A DNA stretch of 32,000 nucleotides from positions 3,406 to 35,405 of the forward strand of contig JAQTNI010000009.1 of assembly GCA_028713935.1 (NCBI GenBank). Reading direction: 5' to 3'. Origin of the DNA: Candidatus Iainarchaeum sp. GTDB taxonomy: Archaea > Iainarchaeota > Iainarchaeia > Iainarchaeales > GCA-2688035. This document shows positions 7,145 through 15,346 of this stretch, one piece after another (position 1 is the stretch's first letter; each line of letters starts with the position of its first letter). The position numbers were made by a program, and so were the translations under genes. The notes under the pieces were generated by a model. That model had not been told where the DNA came from. It saw only the letters and a program-made list of their open reading frames with translations, and made no database searches.

Positions 7145-7880
7145 TTTTGTCGAGTTTTTGTTTGACTTCTTTTTTTATTTGTTCGTATGCTGGCAGGTGT
7201 TCCAAGAGGTTTTTGAGGCTTGTTTCGTATTCTTCCTTTGTTGGGAATTTTGTTTTTGGATAATTGCTTTTTTCTTCTGACAATTTTTGTTTTAACAGTT
7301 TTTTGTTTATTGCAATTTTGTTTTGCAATAGCATCCATACATCGTACAAGTCCCGTGCTTCGCCCCTGTTTATCAAGGCGCGAATTTTTTCTGTTAACAT
7401 TTCTTCAAGGCTTAATGCCTGAATGGTAAAAACAGGAATGTCTGAAAAAAGCTTTGGAATTGCTTTTGCAGTTTTTCCTTTTGCTTTGCTTTTGTTAAAA
7501 TCAATTTTGAGGGTGTTTGTTGAAGAATTCTGGCCATTGTACAAGGGGCCTTTGAATCTTGCTTCAAAGCGGATGTTGCCTTCAAATTCTTTTTCAGCAA
7601 AAACAGTGTGTTCAATGTTCAGCAATTCAAAATTTTTTAAGCAGGTTTTTACTGTTTTTTTTGTTTCCTGCAAGCCCAAATTTGTATTAAAATCAAGGTC
7701 TTCAGAGGCTCTTTCAAAATCGTAACAAATTCTTAAGCAGGTTCCGCCTTTAAAAACAAAGTTTTCTGAAAAACGCGAAATTGCATGGAGAAAAACATAT
7801 TGCAGGTATTCTTTTTCTGCATAATAAAGAGTTGTTCTTCTTTTTTCTTTTATTTGGCGCAGTTCTTCCATTGAAATCAT
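7122..7880 (-). CDS. AbiEii-family nucleotidyltransferase toxin (type IV TA / abortive infection)
   Basis: 252-aa ORF. YAEKEYLQYVFLHAI...FVFKGGTCLRICYDFERASEDLDFN is the characteristic AbiEii/DUF1814 N-terminal motif. Confidence 0.8.
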   Translation of the reverse strand: MISMEELRQIKEKRRTTLYYAEKEYLQYVFLHAISRFSENFVFKGGTCLRICYDFERASEDLDFNTNLGLQETKKTVKTCLKNFELLNIEHTVFAEKEFEGNIRFEARFKGPLYNGQNSSTNTLKIDFNKSKAKGKTAKAIPKLFSDIPVFTIQALSLEEMLTEKIRALINRGEARDLYDVWMLLQNKIAINKKLLKQKLSEEKSNYPKTKFPTKEEYETSLKNLLEHLPAYEQIKKEVKQKLDKTMQKPNN

Positions 7881-7886
7881 TTTTTT

Positions 7887-8597
7887 TCACCAATTGATGT
7901 CCAAAAGCCATTTTTTGTTAAAATTGTTTTTTCTTTTTATGGAAGGGTCGAACAATTCAAATCCTTTGCCTTTGTGTTTCAAGAGCATTCCAATGGCTCC
8001 TTTTCCTGCTTTGTTTTCTTCTAAAACAAAGCCGAGCCTGCGTATTGCTGCTTTGCTTTTTGTTTTCATGGCATAATTTGCAAGCTTCTTGGCGCTGATT
8101 TCTTTTAAACCAGTTTTTAGAGCGCGCATTATCTCTTTTGTTCCGCCTGCATATTTTGGGAACAAAAAAGAATCAATAAATGCTTTTTCTTTGTCTGCAA
8201 TTGCAAAGTCGCCCATTGGGCAATAACCAAAAAACTTTTTTTTTGAAAGTGTTACATACTTAAAGTTTTTTACCGCTTTTTTGTATTTTGTGCTTGCCAA
8301 AAAAATTTTTTTTGGCGTTTGGTCGCTGAATCCGTAATAGTTCAAAGCAGACCAAAAACTTATGTAAGAGGGCCAGTTTAATTGGCAGCCCATGGCAAAG
8401 TCAGATGTTCCTTTCAATGCGAAAGCTCCCGCCTGCACAGTTTCTATGGCCTGTTTTTTTTTCAGTGATTTTATTGCATTGTATGCCTTTGTTTTGTTTA
8501 TGTGCAAAAGCAGGGAAACGTCTTTAGCTTTGAATATCAAAAGATTGCTTTTTTTAAGCGCATCAATAGCTTCGTGCTCAAGCTTGCTCAATTGCAT
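7887..8597 (-). CDS. AbiEi-like antitoxin/transcriptional regulator (N-terminal winged helix)
   Basis: 236-aa ORF immediately upstream (6-nt gap) of the AbiEii gene. The N-terminal FKAKDVSLLLHINKTKAYNAIKSLKKKQAIETVQAGAFAL is wHTH-like. Size and position match AbiEi. Confidence 0.65.
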   Translation of the reverse strand: MQLSKLEHEAIDALKKSNLLIFKAKDVSLLLHINKTKAYNAIKSLKKKQAIETVQAGAFALKGTSDFAMGCQLNWPSYISFWSALNYYGFSDQTPKKIFLASTKYKKAVKNFKYVTLSKKKFFGYCPMGDFAIADKEKAFIDSFLFPKYAGGTKEIMRALKTGLKEISAKKLANYAMKTKSKAAIRRLGFVLEENKAGKGAIGMLLKHKGKGFELFDPSIKRKNNFNKKWLLDINW

Positions 8598-8607
8598 TTT
8601 TCTTCAC

Positions 8608-8630
8608 TTTTAGTATTTTTATTACTAAAA
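8608..8630. promoter_or_regulatory. inverted repeat TTTTAGTA-N7-TACTAAAA overlapping the presumed abiEi promoter
   Basis: Perfect 8-nt arms at 8608-8615 and 8623-8630, located 11-33 nt upstream of the abiEi ATG (8597, minus strand). Confidence 0.3.
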
Positions 8631-8665
8631 TTTAACAAAATTACAATTAAAAATAGTGCGGTTTA

Positions 8666-8732
8666 TTCCAATTTCCTTTTTTCTTTTCTTTTTTTTTTAA
8701 TTTTGTTTTAGCTGTCAGGCTGCTGGTTTTTG
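8666..8732. repeat. repeat copy R2
   Basis: A 45-nt perfect match (8688-8732) to 7073-7117, plus the TTCCAATTTCCTTTTTT left flank. It lacks the GGGGTTTAACCCC hairpin present in R1. Confidence 0.8.
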
Positions 8733-8783
8733 TAGTGCATATGTTTAAATCGGTTTCATGGCATGTTTTGTTTAGTGGTTTGT

Positions 8784-9011
8784 ATGCAGAAAACGCGTGT
8801 GTATAATTTTGTGGTTTTGATTGAGCAGGATTCTGACGGCTGGTTTGTAGCCAAGGTTCCTGATATCCAGGGTTGCCATACTCAGGGAAAAACAATTCCG
8901 CAGGTTTTGGACAGGGTAAAAGAGGCAATACAGGTTTGTTTGGAAGCAGAGGATATTGAATTGCCTCAAATGAAATTTATTGGCTTGCAGACTGTTGAAG
9001 TTGAAGCGTGA
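8784..9011 (+). CDS. hicB: HicB-family (UPF0150) antitoxin
   Basis: Trimmed from track ORF 8763-9011 to the ATG at 8784. YNFVVLIEQDSDGWFVAKVPDIQGCHTQGKTIPQVLDRVKEAIQ is a typical HicB fold motif. Confidence 0.75.
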   Translation: MQKTRVYNFVVLIEQDSDGWFVAKVPDIQGCHTQGKTIPQVLDRVKEAIQVCLEAEDIELPQMKFIGLQTVEVEA

Positions 9012-9017
9012 TTCTTT

Positions 9018-9251
9018 TTGGCGCGTCTAATCCCTATTTCTGGAAAAAAATTATGCAAGCTTTTGGAAAAACTTGGTTTTCAAAAGGTTCATCAAGTAGG
9101 CAGCCATGTTCGTTATATTCATGCAGATGGGCGAAAAACAGTTGTGCCAGTCCATGGCGATGAAGAGCTTGGCATTGGAATTTTTAAGGAAATTTTAAAA
9201 CAAGTGAAAATTTCAAGGCACGAATACGAAAAATTAAGGCAAAAAATATGA
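9018..9251 (+). CDS. hicA: HicA-family mRNA interferase toxin
   Basis: 77-aa ORF with a TTG start. SGKKLCKLLEKLGFQKVHQVGSHVRYIH is a typical HicA motif. It starts 6 nt after hicB. Confidence 0.8.
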   Translation: MARLIPISGKKLCKLLEKLGFQKVHQVGSHVRYIHADGRKTVVPVHGDEELGIGIFKEILKQVKISRHEYEKLRQKI

Positions 9252-9320
9252 TTGTTTTTTTCTTTTTTTTCCCAGCCGTTAGGCATTTTGAGAATTAGTT
9301 TTTTTTTGCCTTTTCAAGCC
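9252..9320. repeat. repeat copy R3 (diverged)
   Basis: T-tract, then AGCCGTTAGGC (compare AGCTGTCAGGC in R1/R2), then an identical TTTTGAGAATTAGTT (9286-9300), followed by GCCTTTTCAA (compare GGCTTTTGCA in R1). Confidence 0.55.
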
Positions 9321-9360
9321 TTGGGTTGTTGCTTTTTTTTCTTGGCTTGGCTGGAAGCAT

Positions 9361-10377
9361 TTACATTCCAAGCATTTTGAGGCTGCCAAGTACCTGCACT
9401 AAAATGATTCTTATTATGAAAAACAAGGCTACTGCTATTATTCCGACTATTGGGATGTATCTTATTCCGTCTTTTTCTTTGCCAGAGTTTATTGTGCCCA
9501 TTATTAAGGAGGAGAACAGGCATGTTACTCCGAGTGCAATCAGTGCGTACATTGTTGCGAATTCTTCTGTTATTGATATTTCGGGAATTCCGATTATTCT
9601 TGTTATTGAGCTTTTTTGTGTTATTTCTTTTAATTGTTCTGGGTTCATGCTTAGCTGGCTTGTTTGCACGTTTAGCACTCCGACTATGTAAGAGGAAATG
9701 CTGAACAGTACTGGTGCTCCTATTGCTGCCCCAAAAAAAATGAGCATTATGTACATGCTTACTTCTGCTTTTGTTTCTTCTTTTAACGCGTTTTCTTCTC
9801 TTAAATCATCTGCCAGTTGTGATAATAGGTCCGCCACTTCTCCGCCGCTTCTTATGCCCTGGACTACCAGCCACATTGTTCTTTCAAGCAATGGGCTTTT
9901 GATTCTTGTTGTTATGTCTGTCAGGGCTCCTTCTATTCTTTCTCCTGCAAGGACTTTTCCGCTTGCAAGTTTTAGTTCGTCTGAAAAAACCCCGAATTCC
10001 GGCCTTGCCGATGCAAGCAGTGCCCTTTCTGTTGTCAGGCCTGATTTCATGTTTGATGAAATCAATTGCAGCACATCCGGCAGGAGTTTGTCTACAAATT
10101 TGCCCCTGCTTTCTGCAATTGTGTTTAGCCAGTAATATATGCTTCCTGCAAATCCAAGAAAAATTAGTGGAAATGTTGCAATTATTGGCAGTGAAAAGAA
10201 TATTTGGAGGTTTGCTGATATTGCTATGCTTAGCACTGCCCCGAACAAAAAAATGAATCCAACTACGCTTAGTTCCTGTATTTCCCATCCAATGTAATCC
10301 ATTTCTTTTTTGAATGCCCTTACTATGAAGGAGGGGACTATTGCGCCTACTCTTTGGTAAAAACCCATTTTTTTCAC
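9361..10377 (-). CDS. type II secretion system F-domain membrane platform protein (TadC/EpdK/J-like)
   Basis: 338-aa ORF. It has N-terminal TM helices, one T2SSF domain (LLQLISSNMKSGLTTERALLASARPEFGVFSDELKLASGKVLAGERIEGAL...VVQGIRSGGEVADLLSQLADDLREE) and C-terminal TM helices. Confidence 0.8.
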   Translation of the reverse strand: MKKMGFYQRVGAIVPSFIVRAFKKEMDYIGWEIQELSVVGFIFLFGAVLSIAISANLQIFFSLPIIATFPLIFLGFAGSIYYWLNTIAESRGKFVDKLLPDVLQLISSNMKSGLTTERALLASARPEFGVFSDELKLASGKVLAGERIEGALTDITTRIKSPLLERTMWLVVQGIRSGGEVADLLSQLADDLREENALKEETKAEVSMYIMLIFFGAAIGAPVLFSISSYIVGVLNVQTSQLSMNPEQLKEITQKSSITRIIGIPEISITEEFATMYALIALGVTCLFSSLIMGTINSGKEKDGIRYIPIVGIIAVALFFIIRIILVQVLGSLKMLGM

Positions 10378-10381
10378 TTTG

Positions 10382-11257
10382 TCAGTTCATTATTGTTGGC
10401 CGTCTTGATTTTATTATGCCAATGTACATGAATTGCATTATTGTTATTCCTATTAATAATGCCCAGAACATCATTTCGTCTATTTTTATTGCGGGAAAGC
10501 TTCCCAGTATGATAAGAAATGTCAGTCCAAGCGCAGGCGCTATCACTCCAATCATCATGTATGCCAGGGAAAGAATCCTTAGTTGAGAGGAATACATGTT
10601 TATTGCTATTCTCTGGTCTCTTGCAGCGGATTTCACTGTTTCTTTTATTATGCTTGAAATGTCTCCGCCTGCTTTCATTCCGTTTACAAGCTGCCATAAT
10701 GCTTTTCTGAAATATTCGCTTGGGTTGTTTGTGGCAAGCTTTTGGAATACTTCATCGTAAGGCGTTCCAGTGTTTATTTCGTCAACTGCTTTTGCAAATT
10801 CTTTGCTTAATTCGCCATAATTGCTTTTTGCAATCATCTGCATTGCGTCAAAAAGGCTGACTCCGCTTTTTATTTCAATCAGCAAGGTTCTTAGTGCAAA
10901 CAAGAGGTTTTTTTCCAGTTCCCTCTGCCTTTTCCTTATCTGCATTGTGGGGTACATTGAAAATTGGATAAACACTGCCAGTGCCATTATTGCTGCTATT
11001 GTGAATCCCAATAACAAAAAATTTGGAGTGACTTTTGTCAGGACTATTGTGAACAATGCGCCAAGCCATATGAAATAAAAACCTGCCAAAAAAAGCATCA
11101 TTGCAAGGTATTCCCTTATTTGGAATTCCATTCTTGCCTGCTGCAATTGCAATTCCAGGTTGGGAAAAATTCCCTTGATTTTCATTGCCAGCGGGACTAA
11201 TGGCTGTGAAAACCTTCTCAGCATCGGGACAGGGAACAGGTTGAATGGCAGAGTCAT
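10382..11257 (-). CDS. type II secretion system F-domain membrane platform protein (TadB/EpdJ/K-like)
   Basis: 291-aa ORF with one T2SSF domain (LLFALRTLLIEIKSGVSLFDAMQMIAKSNYGELSKEFAKAVDEINTGTPYDEVF...LVNGMKAGGDISSIIKETVKSAARDQR) flanked by TM helices. There is a 4-nt gap to the next platform gene. Confidence 0.8.
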   Translation of the reverse strand: MTLPFNLFPVPMLRRFSQPLVPLAMKIKGIFPNLELQLQQARMEFQIREYLAMMLFLAGFYFIWLGALFTIVLTKVTPNFLLLGFTIAAIMALAVFIQFSMYPTMQIRKRQRELEKNLLFALRTLLIEIKSGVSLFDAMQMIAKSNYGELSKEFAKAVDEINTGTPYDEVFQKLATNNPSEYFRKALWQLVNGMKAGGDISSIIKETVKSAARDQRIAINMYSSQLRILSLAYMMIGVIAPALGLTFLIILGSFPAIKIDEMMFWALLIGITIMQFMYIGIIKSRRPTIMN

Positions 11258-11260
11258 TTT

Positions 11261-12778
11261 TTACAGCTCCGGCTTTTTGTTTTTTTCCACAAGATTTTTT
11301 ATTTCATCAATGTCCTGGTAGCATTGCGCCATTATTTTGCCGACTTCGTTCACATTGTGAATGTCAAATTTTATCATCCAGTTCAATATTTTTGTTTTTG
11401 TTTTTAATTCCTGCTGTATTTCTCCCTGGCTCATTCCTGTGTGCAGTGACAATTCATCATAGAATCTTATGCTTTCATTGTGCGCGACAATCTGGTCATC
11501 GCTGCTTCTCCATCTGTAAATTATGTTTGGCTTTATTTCAAGTTCTTTTCCCCTTTTTTCAGGGATAAATTCCGCTGCTTCAAGCACTCTTCTTGATCCC
11601 AGTCTCCTGTTTCTGAACATTACAATGTTTAAGTGCACTGAATCAAGCATTGAAACTGGGATTGAAACAGGCGGGTTTACAAGCCTTGTGATTGTTTCAT
11701 CGGCTGTGTTTGCATGGATTGTGGTGTAAACACTGTGCCCTGTGTGCATTGCTTCAAACATTACTTCTGCTTCTCTCTGCCTTCTGACTTCTCCAACAAT
11801 CACCCTGTCAGGCCTCATTCTCAATGAATTCACAAGCAAATCAAGCATTGTTATTCCGCCTTTTCCTTCAGGATTCGGCTCTCTTGTTGTCAATGGAACC
11901 CAGTGCAAATAATCGGGAAGCATGAGTTCCCTAGTATCTTCAATTGAAAGCACTCTGTGGTTTGGCTGTATGAAGGGCATGCAGACATTCAAAAAGCTTG
12001 TTTTTCCCGATGCTGTTCCCCCGCTGATAATGATGTTTAATTCGTATTCCATTGCTTCCCATATCAGTGCCATTAGTTCTGCGCTGACTGTTTTTGTTTT
12101 TATAAAATCAGTTACTGTCCATGGGTCTCTTCTGAAGCGCCTTATTGTGACAGTGTTTCCCTTGCTTGAAATTGGAAAAAGAGTTGCGTTTGCCCTGTCG
12201 CCTGTTATGAGATGGGCATCAAGCAATGGCGATAAGATTGTTATTTGTTTTCCAACGCGCCTTGCGATTATGTTTGCATAGTTTTCTATGTCTGCCTCTG
12301 TTTCTATGCGGACATTTGTTTTGAGCCAGCCGTATTTTTTGTGGTAAACCCATACTGGTTCCTGGCTCCTGTTTATGACTATTTCCTCAAGGTTTCCGTC
12401 TGACAAAAGAAATTCTATTCTTCCAAGGCCCAGCATTTCATGCATTAATATTCCAACAAGCGCTTTTTTTGTTTCTTCTGTTGCGGTTGGCAGTTCGGAA
12501 TCAAGCATTTTTTGGGCTTTTTCAACGAATTTGCCGCGGATTTTTTCCACTGCATCCATGTCAAGCTGGCCTGTTCTTGCAGCTGTTTCCGCTACAAGGC
12601 TTTTTTTCAGGTTTGTGAGCAGTGCGCTTGTTCCGGCGCCATAGCTTGGAAAATTCAGGTAATACATGTTTACAAATTCTTTCGGGTCATGGATAATGTT
12701 GGTTTCCACTTTCAGGTTGTCTGTTTCCACTGTGTAAGACTCAATTACCTGGTATTTTCCGTCCATTTCTGCCTGCAT
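11261..12778 (-). CDS. type IV pilus/secretion ATPase of the GspE/VirB11 (ArlI/EpdL/TadA-like) family
   Basis: 505-aa ORF. Walker A IIISGGTASGKTSFLN, Asp box VLSIEDTRELMLP, Walker B/His box DRVIVGEVRRQREAEVMFEAMHTGHSVYTTIHA. Confidence 0.9.
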   Translation of the reverse strand: MQAEMDGKYQVIESYTVETDNLKVETNIIHDPKEFVNMYYLNFPSYGAGTSALLTNLKKSLVAETAARTGQLDMDAVEKIRGKFVEKAQKMLDSELPTATEETKKALVGILMHEMLGLGRIEFLLSDGNLEEIVINRSQEPVWVYHKKYGWLKTNVRIETEADIENYANIIARRVGKQITILSPLLDAHLITGDRANATLFPISSKGNTVTIRRFRRDPWTVTDFIKTKTVSAELMALIWEAMEYELNIIISGGTASGKTSFLNVCMPFIQPNHRVLSIEDTRELMLPDYLHWVPLTTREPNPEGKGGITMLDLLVNSLRMRPDRVIVGEVRRQREAEVMFEAMHTGHSVYTTIHANTADETITRLVNPPVSIPVSMLDSVHLNIVMFRNRRLGSRRVLEAAEFIPEKRGKELEIKPNIIYRWRSSDDQIVAHNESIRFYDELSLHTGMSQGEIQQELKTKTKILNWMIKFDIHNVNEVGKIMAQCYQDIDEIKNLVEKNKKPEL

Positions 12779-12865
12779 AAAAATCTTTTTTTTTCCATTG
12801 ATTTTTTTTAATTTGCCATATTATTAACGGGTTTTGTGGTTATTAAGTTTGCGGATTTTTGGTTT

Positions 12866-15328
12866 TCATTTTCCCAAACTTTTTTCTTTTTTGATTTTTT
12901 TTTCTTTCTTGGGTTTTGAAGGCTTTACATAATCCGCGCTTTCAATTATTGTGTCCCCGAATGCGGGGTACTCTACTTTTATGAGGTGCTGGTCTTCAAG
13001 AATGTTTAAGAGTTCTTCAAGCCGTTTTTTTTCAATTTTGGTTTCTTTCCAGAGTTCCCCTGTCCTTATTTTTCCTTTTTCCCGGATTATCTGCAAAGTA
13101 AGGTCCATGTCTGTTTCAATCCTGAATTTCATTATTTCCTTTTCATTTGTCTTTAATTTTTCTTTTTCCTTGTTTTCAAGAGTGGTGGGAAAAGTCGGGA
13201 TTTCAGCTTCTGACCAGCCGACTTCGCCGGGCTCAATAATCACTCTGCGGGGCTCTTCAGAAGTTTTTTTGAAAAACCTTGTAATGGGCAAAGCCCTTAT
13301 GTGCAATTCTTTTTTTGGCCTTTGCATTCCTTCCACTTTTGCGCTTATTCTCCCCATTTCTTCAAGTTCTTCGCTGCGCGAAGCCCAGCCCTCTTCCCGG
13401 CTTGTCTTTTCTGTTTCTTCATTTCCTGCATCAGCATCAAGAGGTTTTTCGGCTTCAATGTCACCCGGCTTTTCAATTTCAATGGGCTCCTCAATTTTTG
13501 CCTCGTAATTTTTCTGCACCTGCTCTTCTTTTTGAATTATTGTTTCATGCAGTGCCTCATTGACCTGGACATTTGTTGTTTGCTGGCTTTCTTTTTTCTG
13601 TGCTCTCCTGAAAATTCCCCCGAAAAAGCCTTTTTTTGCCTGTTGTGCAGGAACAGTTGTTTTTGCTGTTTGCACTTCAATTTCTTCCTGAGGCAATGCT
13701 GTTTGCTCTTCTGTTATCCCTGAAATTTTGCTGTAATTTGGCGCAGGCGCCTGCACCGCAATTATTTTTTCTTTCGGGGTTTCCGCGCTTTTTTGCATTG
13801 CAGGCAACTGGCCTGTTGCAGTTGTTCCTGTTTGTGTTGCCGTGCTTGTTGTTTGTGGCTGTGTTTCAGGGCTTGTTTCCTGCATTGCTGTTGCCTGCCC
13901 AGGCAAGGCTTTTTCTTCTTCTTTTTGTTTTGTTAGCCAGGGAAACTGGAATCCTTTTTTTTCTATTTCCTGTTCTGCCTGCCTCTGCAATTCGTTCATT
14001 TTTGCGAGTTTTTCAAGGCTTGCAAGCAATTGGCTGCTGTCCAATGGCTTTATTTCCTGCACAATTTTTTTTTCCGGCATTTTGTAATTGTTTAATAATT
14101 CCACAATGTAATTTTCTATTTCCATTATTTTTTCGTCGCTAACCCTGCCTGAAAGCTTTTGCTCTATTGTTTTTTCAAGTTCTTTGCTAAGCCGTTTTTC
14201 CCTGCCTTTGGGGGCTGCTTTTGTTTTTTCAAGGATTTTCTTTTTTTCTTCAAGCTCATAAAGCTTTGCCTGGTAATCCATTACTTTTTCCTGAAAATCT
14301 TGTAGAGGGATTCTGCGCTTGTAAAAATCTATTTCCAGGCGTTTCTGCATTCTTTTCATCTGGTCTATCTGCTGGTCAGTGCTGAGCATTTCCTCGTGGC
14401 TTTCTATGACAATTTTTGGCTTTGGCGATGCCCTTGCAAGGCTTGCTGCCGCAAGAGTAATTGCCTTTGCGGCTTCAGCCAGATCAGTCATTGTTTTCAG
14501 TTCCAATGGCGATTTTGTCTCTTCCCTGAAAATAATCTGGCCTTTTGCCTGTTCAGTTGCAATTTGCTCCATTTCAAGGTTTTCTTTTGCGGAAGAAACC
14601 TTGCTGAGAAGCGCTATCTGCATTTTGTAGTCCCGAATTTTTTTTGTTAGCTGGCTTTTTTTCCTGGTTTGTTCCTCTGAAAGTTTTTTTTCTTCCTGCG
14701 CATGCTTTAACTGGTTCAGTTCCCTCTGGTATCTTGCCTGCCATGATTCAAGCCTGGTTATTTTTGACCTTATTTTTTTCAGGTTTTCTTTTAATGCTCC
14801 GGGCTCTTCCCTTATTTTTTCTGAAACCCCTTCAAGCCTTTCCATTTCAGGCGAAATTGCTTCAGGCTCTCCGCTTATTGCCTGTTCAGCAAACTCTTCA
14901 AATCCTTTTTTTGTTTCAGATGCAGGAATTTCCGGCATTGTTATTTTTTCCAGTTTTTCTTCCCTTGCCTTTCCGCCAAAAAGCCTCCTGAAAATCCTTG
15001 AAAAAAAGCCCTGTTTTTTTCCTGATGTTTTTGTTTCTTCCGCAAACATCCGTTTCCTCGCTGCTTCTTCTATCTGGGATTTTATTATTTCCCTTAAAAT
15101 CGGCTTGTCACCCGAAATCTGGGTTTCAATAATTCTGCCTATTTCGCTTTTCAACTGGTCAAAAGTATGTGCCTGTGCAACAAGAAGCATTCTTTTTGCC
15201 TCATCATCCTTTGCGCCAAGGCCCTGCAAGGTTTTAATTATTTTGTCTTCTGTTTCTCCTTCTCTCAGCATTTCGCCTATTATTTTGATTATTCCTTTTT
15301 CACTTTTTTCTTCAGGCATAAAAATCAT
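12866..15328 (-). CDS. Glu/Lys-rich coiled-coil protein with two MinD-MTS-like amphipathic motifs and a C-terminal winged-helix-like domain; function unknown
   Basis: 820-aa ORF directly upstream of the ATPase gene with no TM segment. Motifs are GKKQGFFSRIFRRLFGGKA (nt 14966-15022) and AKKGFFGGIFRRAQ (nt 13598-13639). The C-terminal LQIIREKGKIRTGELWKETKIEKKRLEELLNILEDQHLIKVEYPAFG lies at nt 12959-13132. Confidence 0.7.
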   Translation of the reverse strand: MIFMPEEKSEKGIIKIIGEMLREGETEDKIIKTLQGLGAKDDEAKRMLLVAQAHTFDQLKSEIGRIIETQISGDKPILREIIKSQIEEAARKRMFAEETKTSGKKQGFFSRIFRRLFGGKAREEKLEKITMPEIPASETKKGFEEFAEQAISGEPEAISPEMERLEGVSEKIREEPGALKENLKKIRSKITRLESWQARYQRELNQLKHAQEEKKLSEEQTRKKSQLTKKIRDYKMQIALLSKVSSAKENLEMEQIATEQAKGQIIFREETKSPLELKTMTDLAEAAKAITLAAASLARASPKPKIVIESHEEMLSTDQQIDQMKRMQKRLEIDFYKRRIPLQDFQEKVMDYQAKLYELEEKKKILEKTKAAPKGREKRLSKELEKTIEQKLSGRVSDEKIMEIENYIVELLNNYKMPEKKIVQEIKPLDSSQLLASLEKLAKMNELQRQAEQEIEKKGFQFPWLTKQKEEEKALPGQATAMQETSPETQPQTTSTATQTGTTATGQLPAMQKSAETPKEKIIAVQAPAPNYSKISGITEEQTALPQEEIEVQTAKTTVPAQQAKKGFFGGIFRRAQKKESQQTTNVQVNEALHETIIQKEEQVQKNYEAKIEEPIEIEKPGDIEAEKPLDADAGNEETEKTSREEGWASRSEELEEMGRISAKVEGMQRPKKELHIRALPITRFFKKTSEEPRRVIIEPGEVGWSEAEIPTFPTTLENKEKEKLKTNEKEIMKFRIETDMDLTLQIIREKGKIRTGELWKETKIEKKRLEELLNILEDQHLIKVEYPAFGDTIIESADYVKPSKPKKEKKIKKEKSLGK

Positions 15329-15346
15329 CTTCAGCTTGTATACTTA

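Noticed and set aside
7093-7338. 81-aa Lys/Arg/Gln-rich ORF on the minus strand
   Set aside because: It lies in an alternative frame inside the well-supported AbiEii gene and extends into repeat R1. Its composition is what A-rich DNA gives in any frame.
9326-10586. Several 80-145-aa plus-strand ORFs opposite the T2SS-F genes
   Set aside because: They are antisense shadows of well-supported minus-strand genes. They are Leu/Ser/Phe/Cys-rich with no recognisable motifs or start signals.
13780-13900. Thr/Gln/Pro-rich stretch (TSPETQPQTTSTATQTGTTATGQ) considered as a tandem DNA repeat
   Set aside because: There is no exact nucleotide periodicity. It looks like a low-complexity protein linker rather than a repeat array.
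12951-14991. A series of plus-strand ORFs (82-185 aa) rich in Phe/Leu/Ser/Cys
   Set aside because: They are the mirror image of the Glu/Lys-rich codons (GAA/AAA/AAG) of the 820-aa minus-strand gene. They are overlapping and mutually exclusive frames with no signals.
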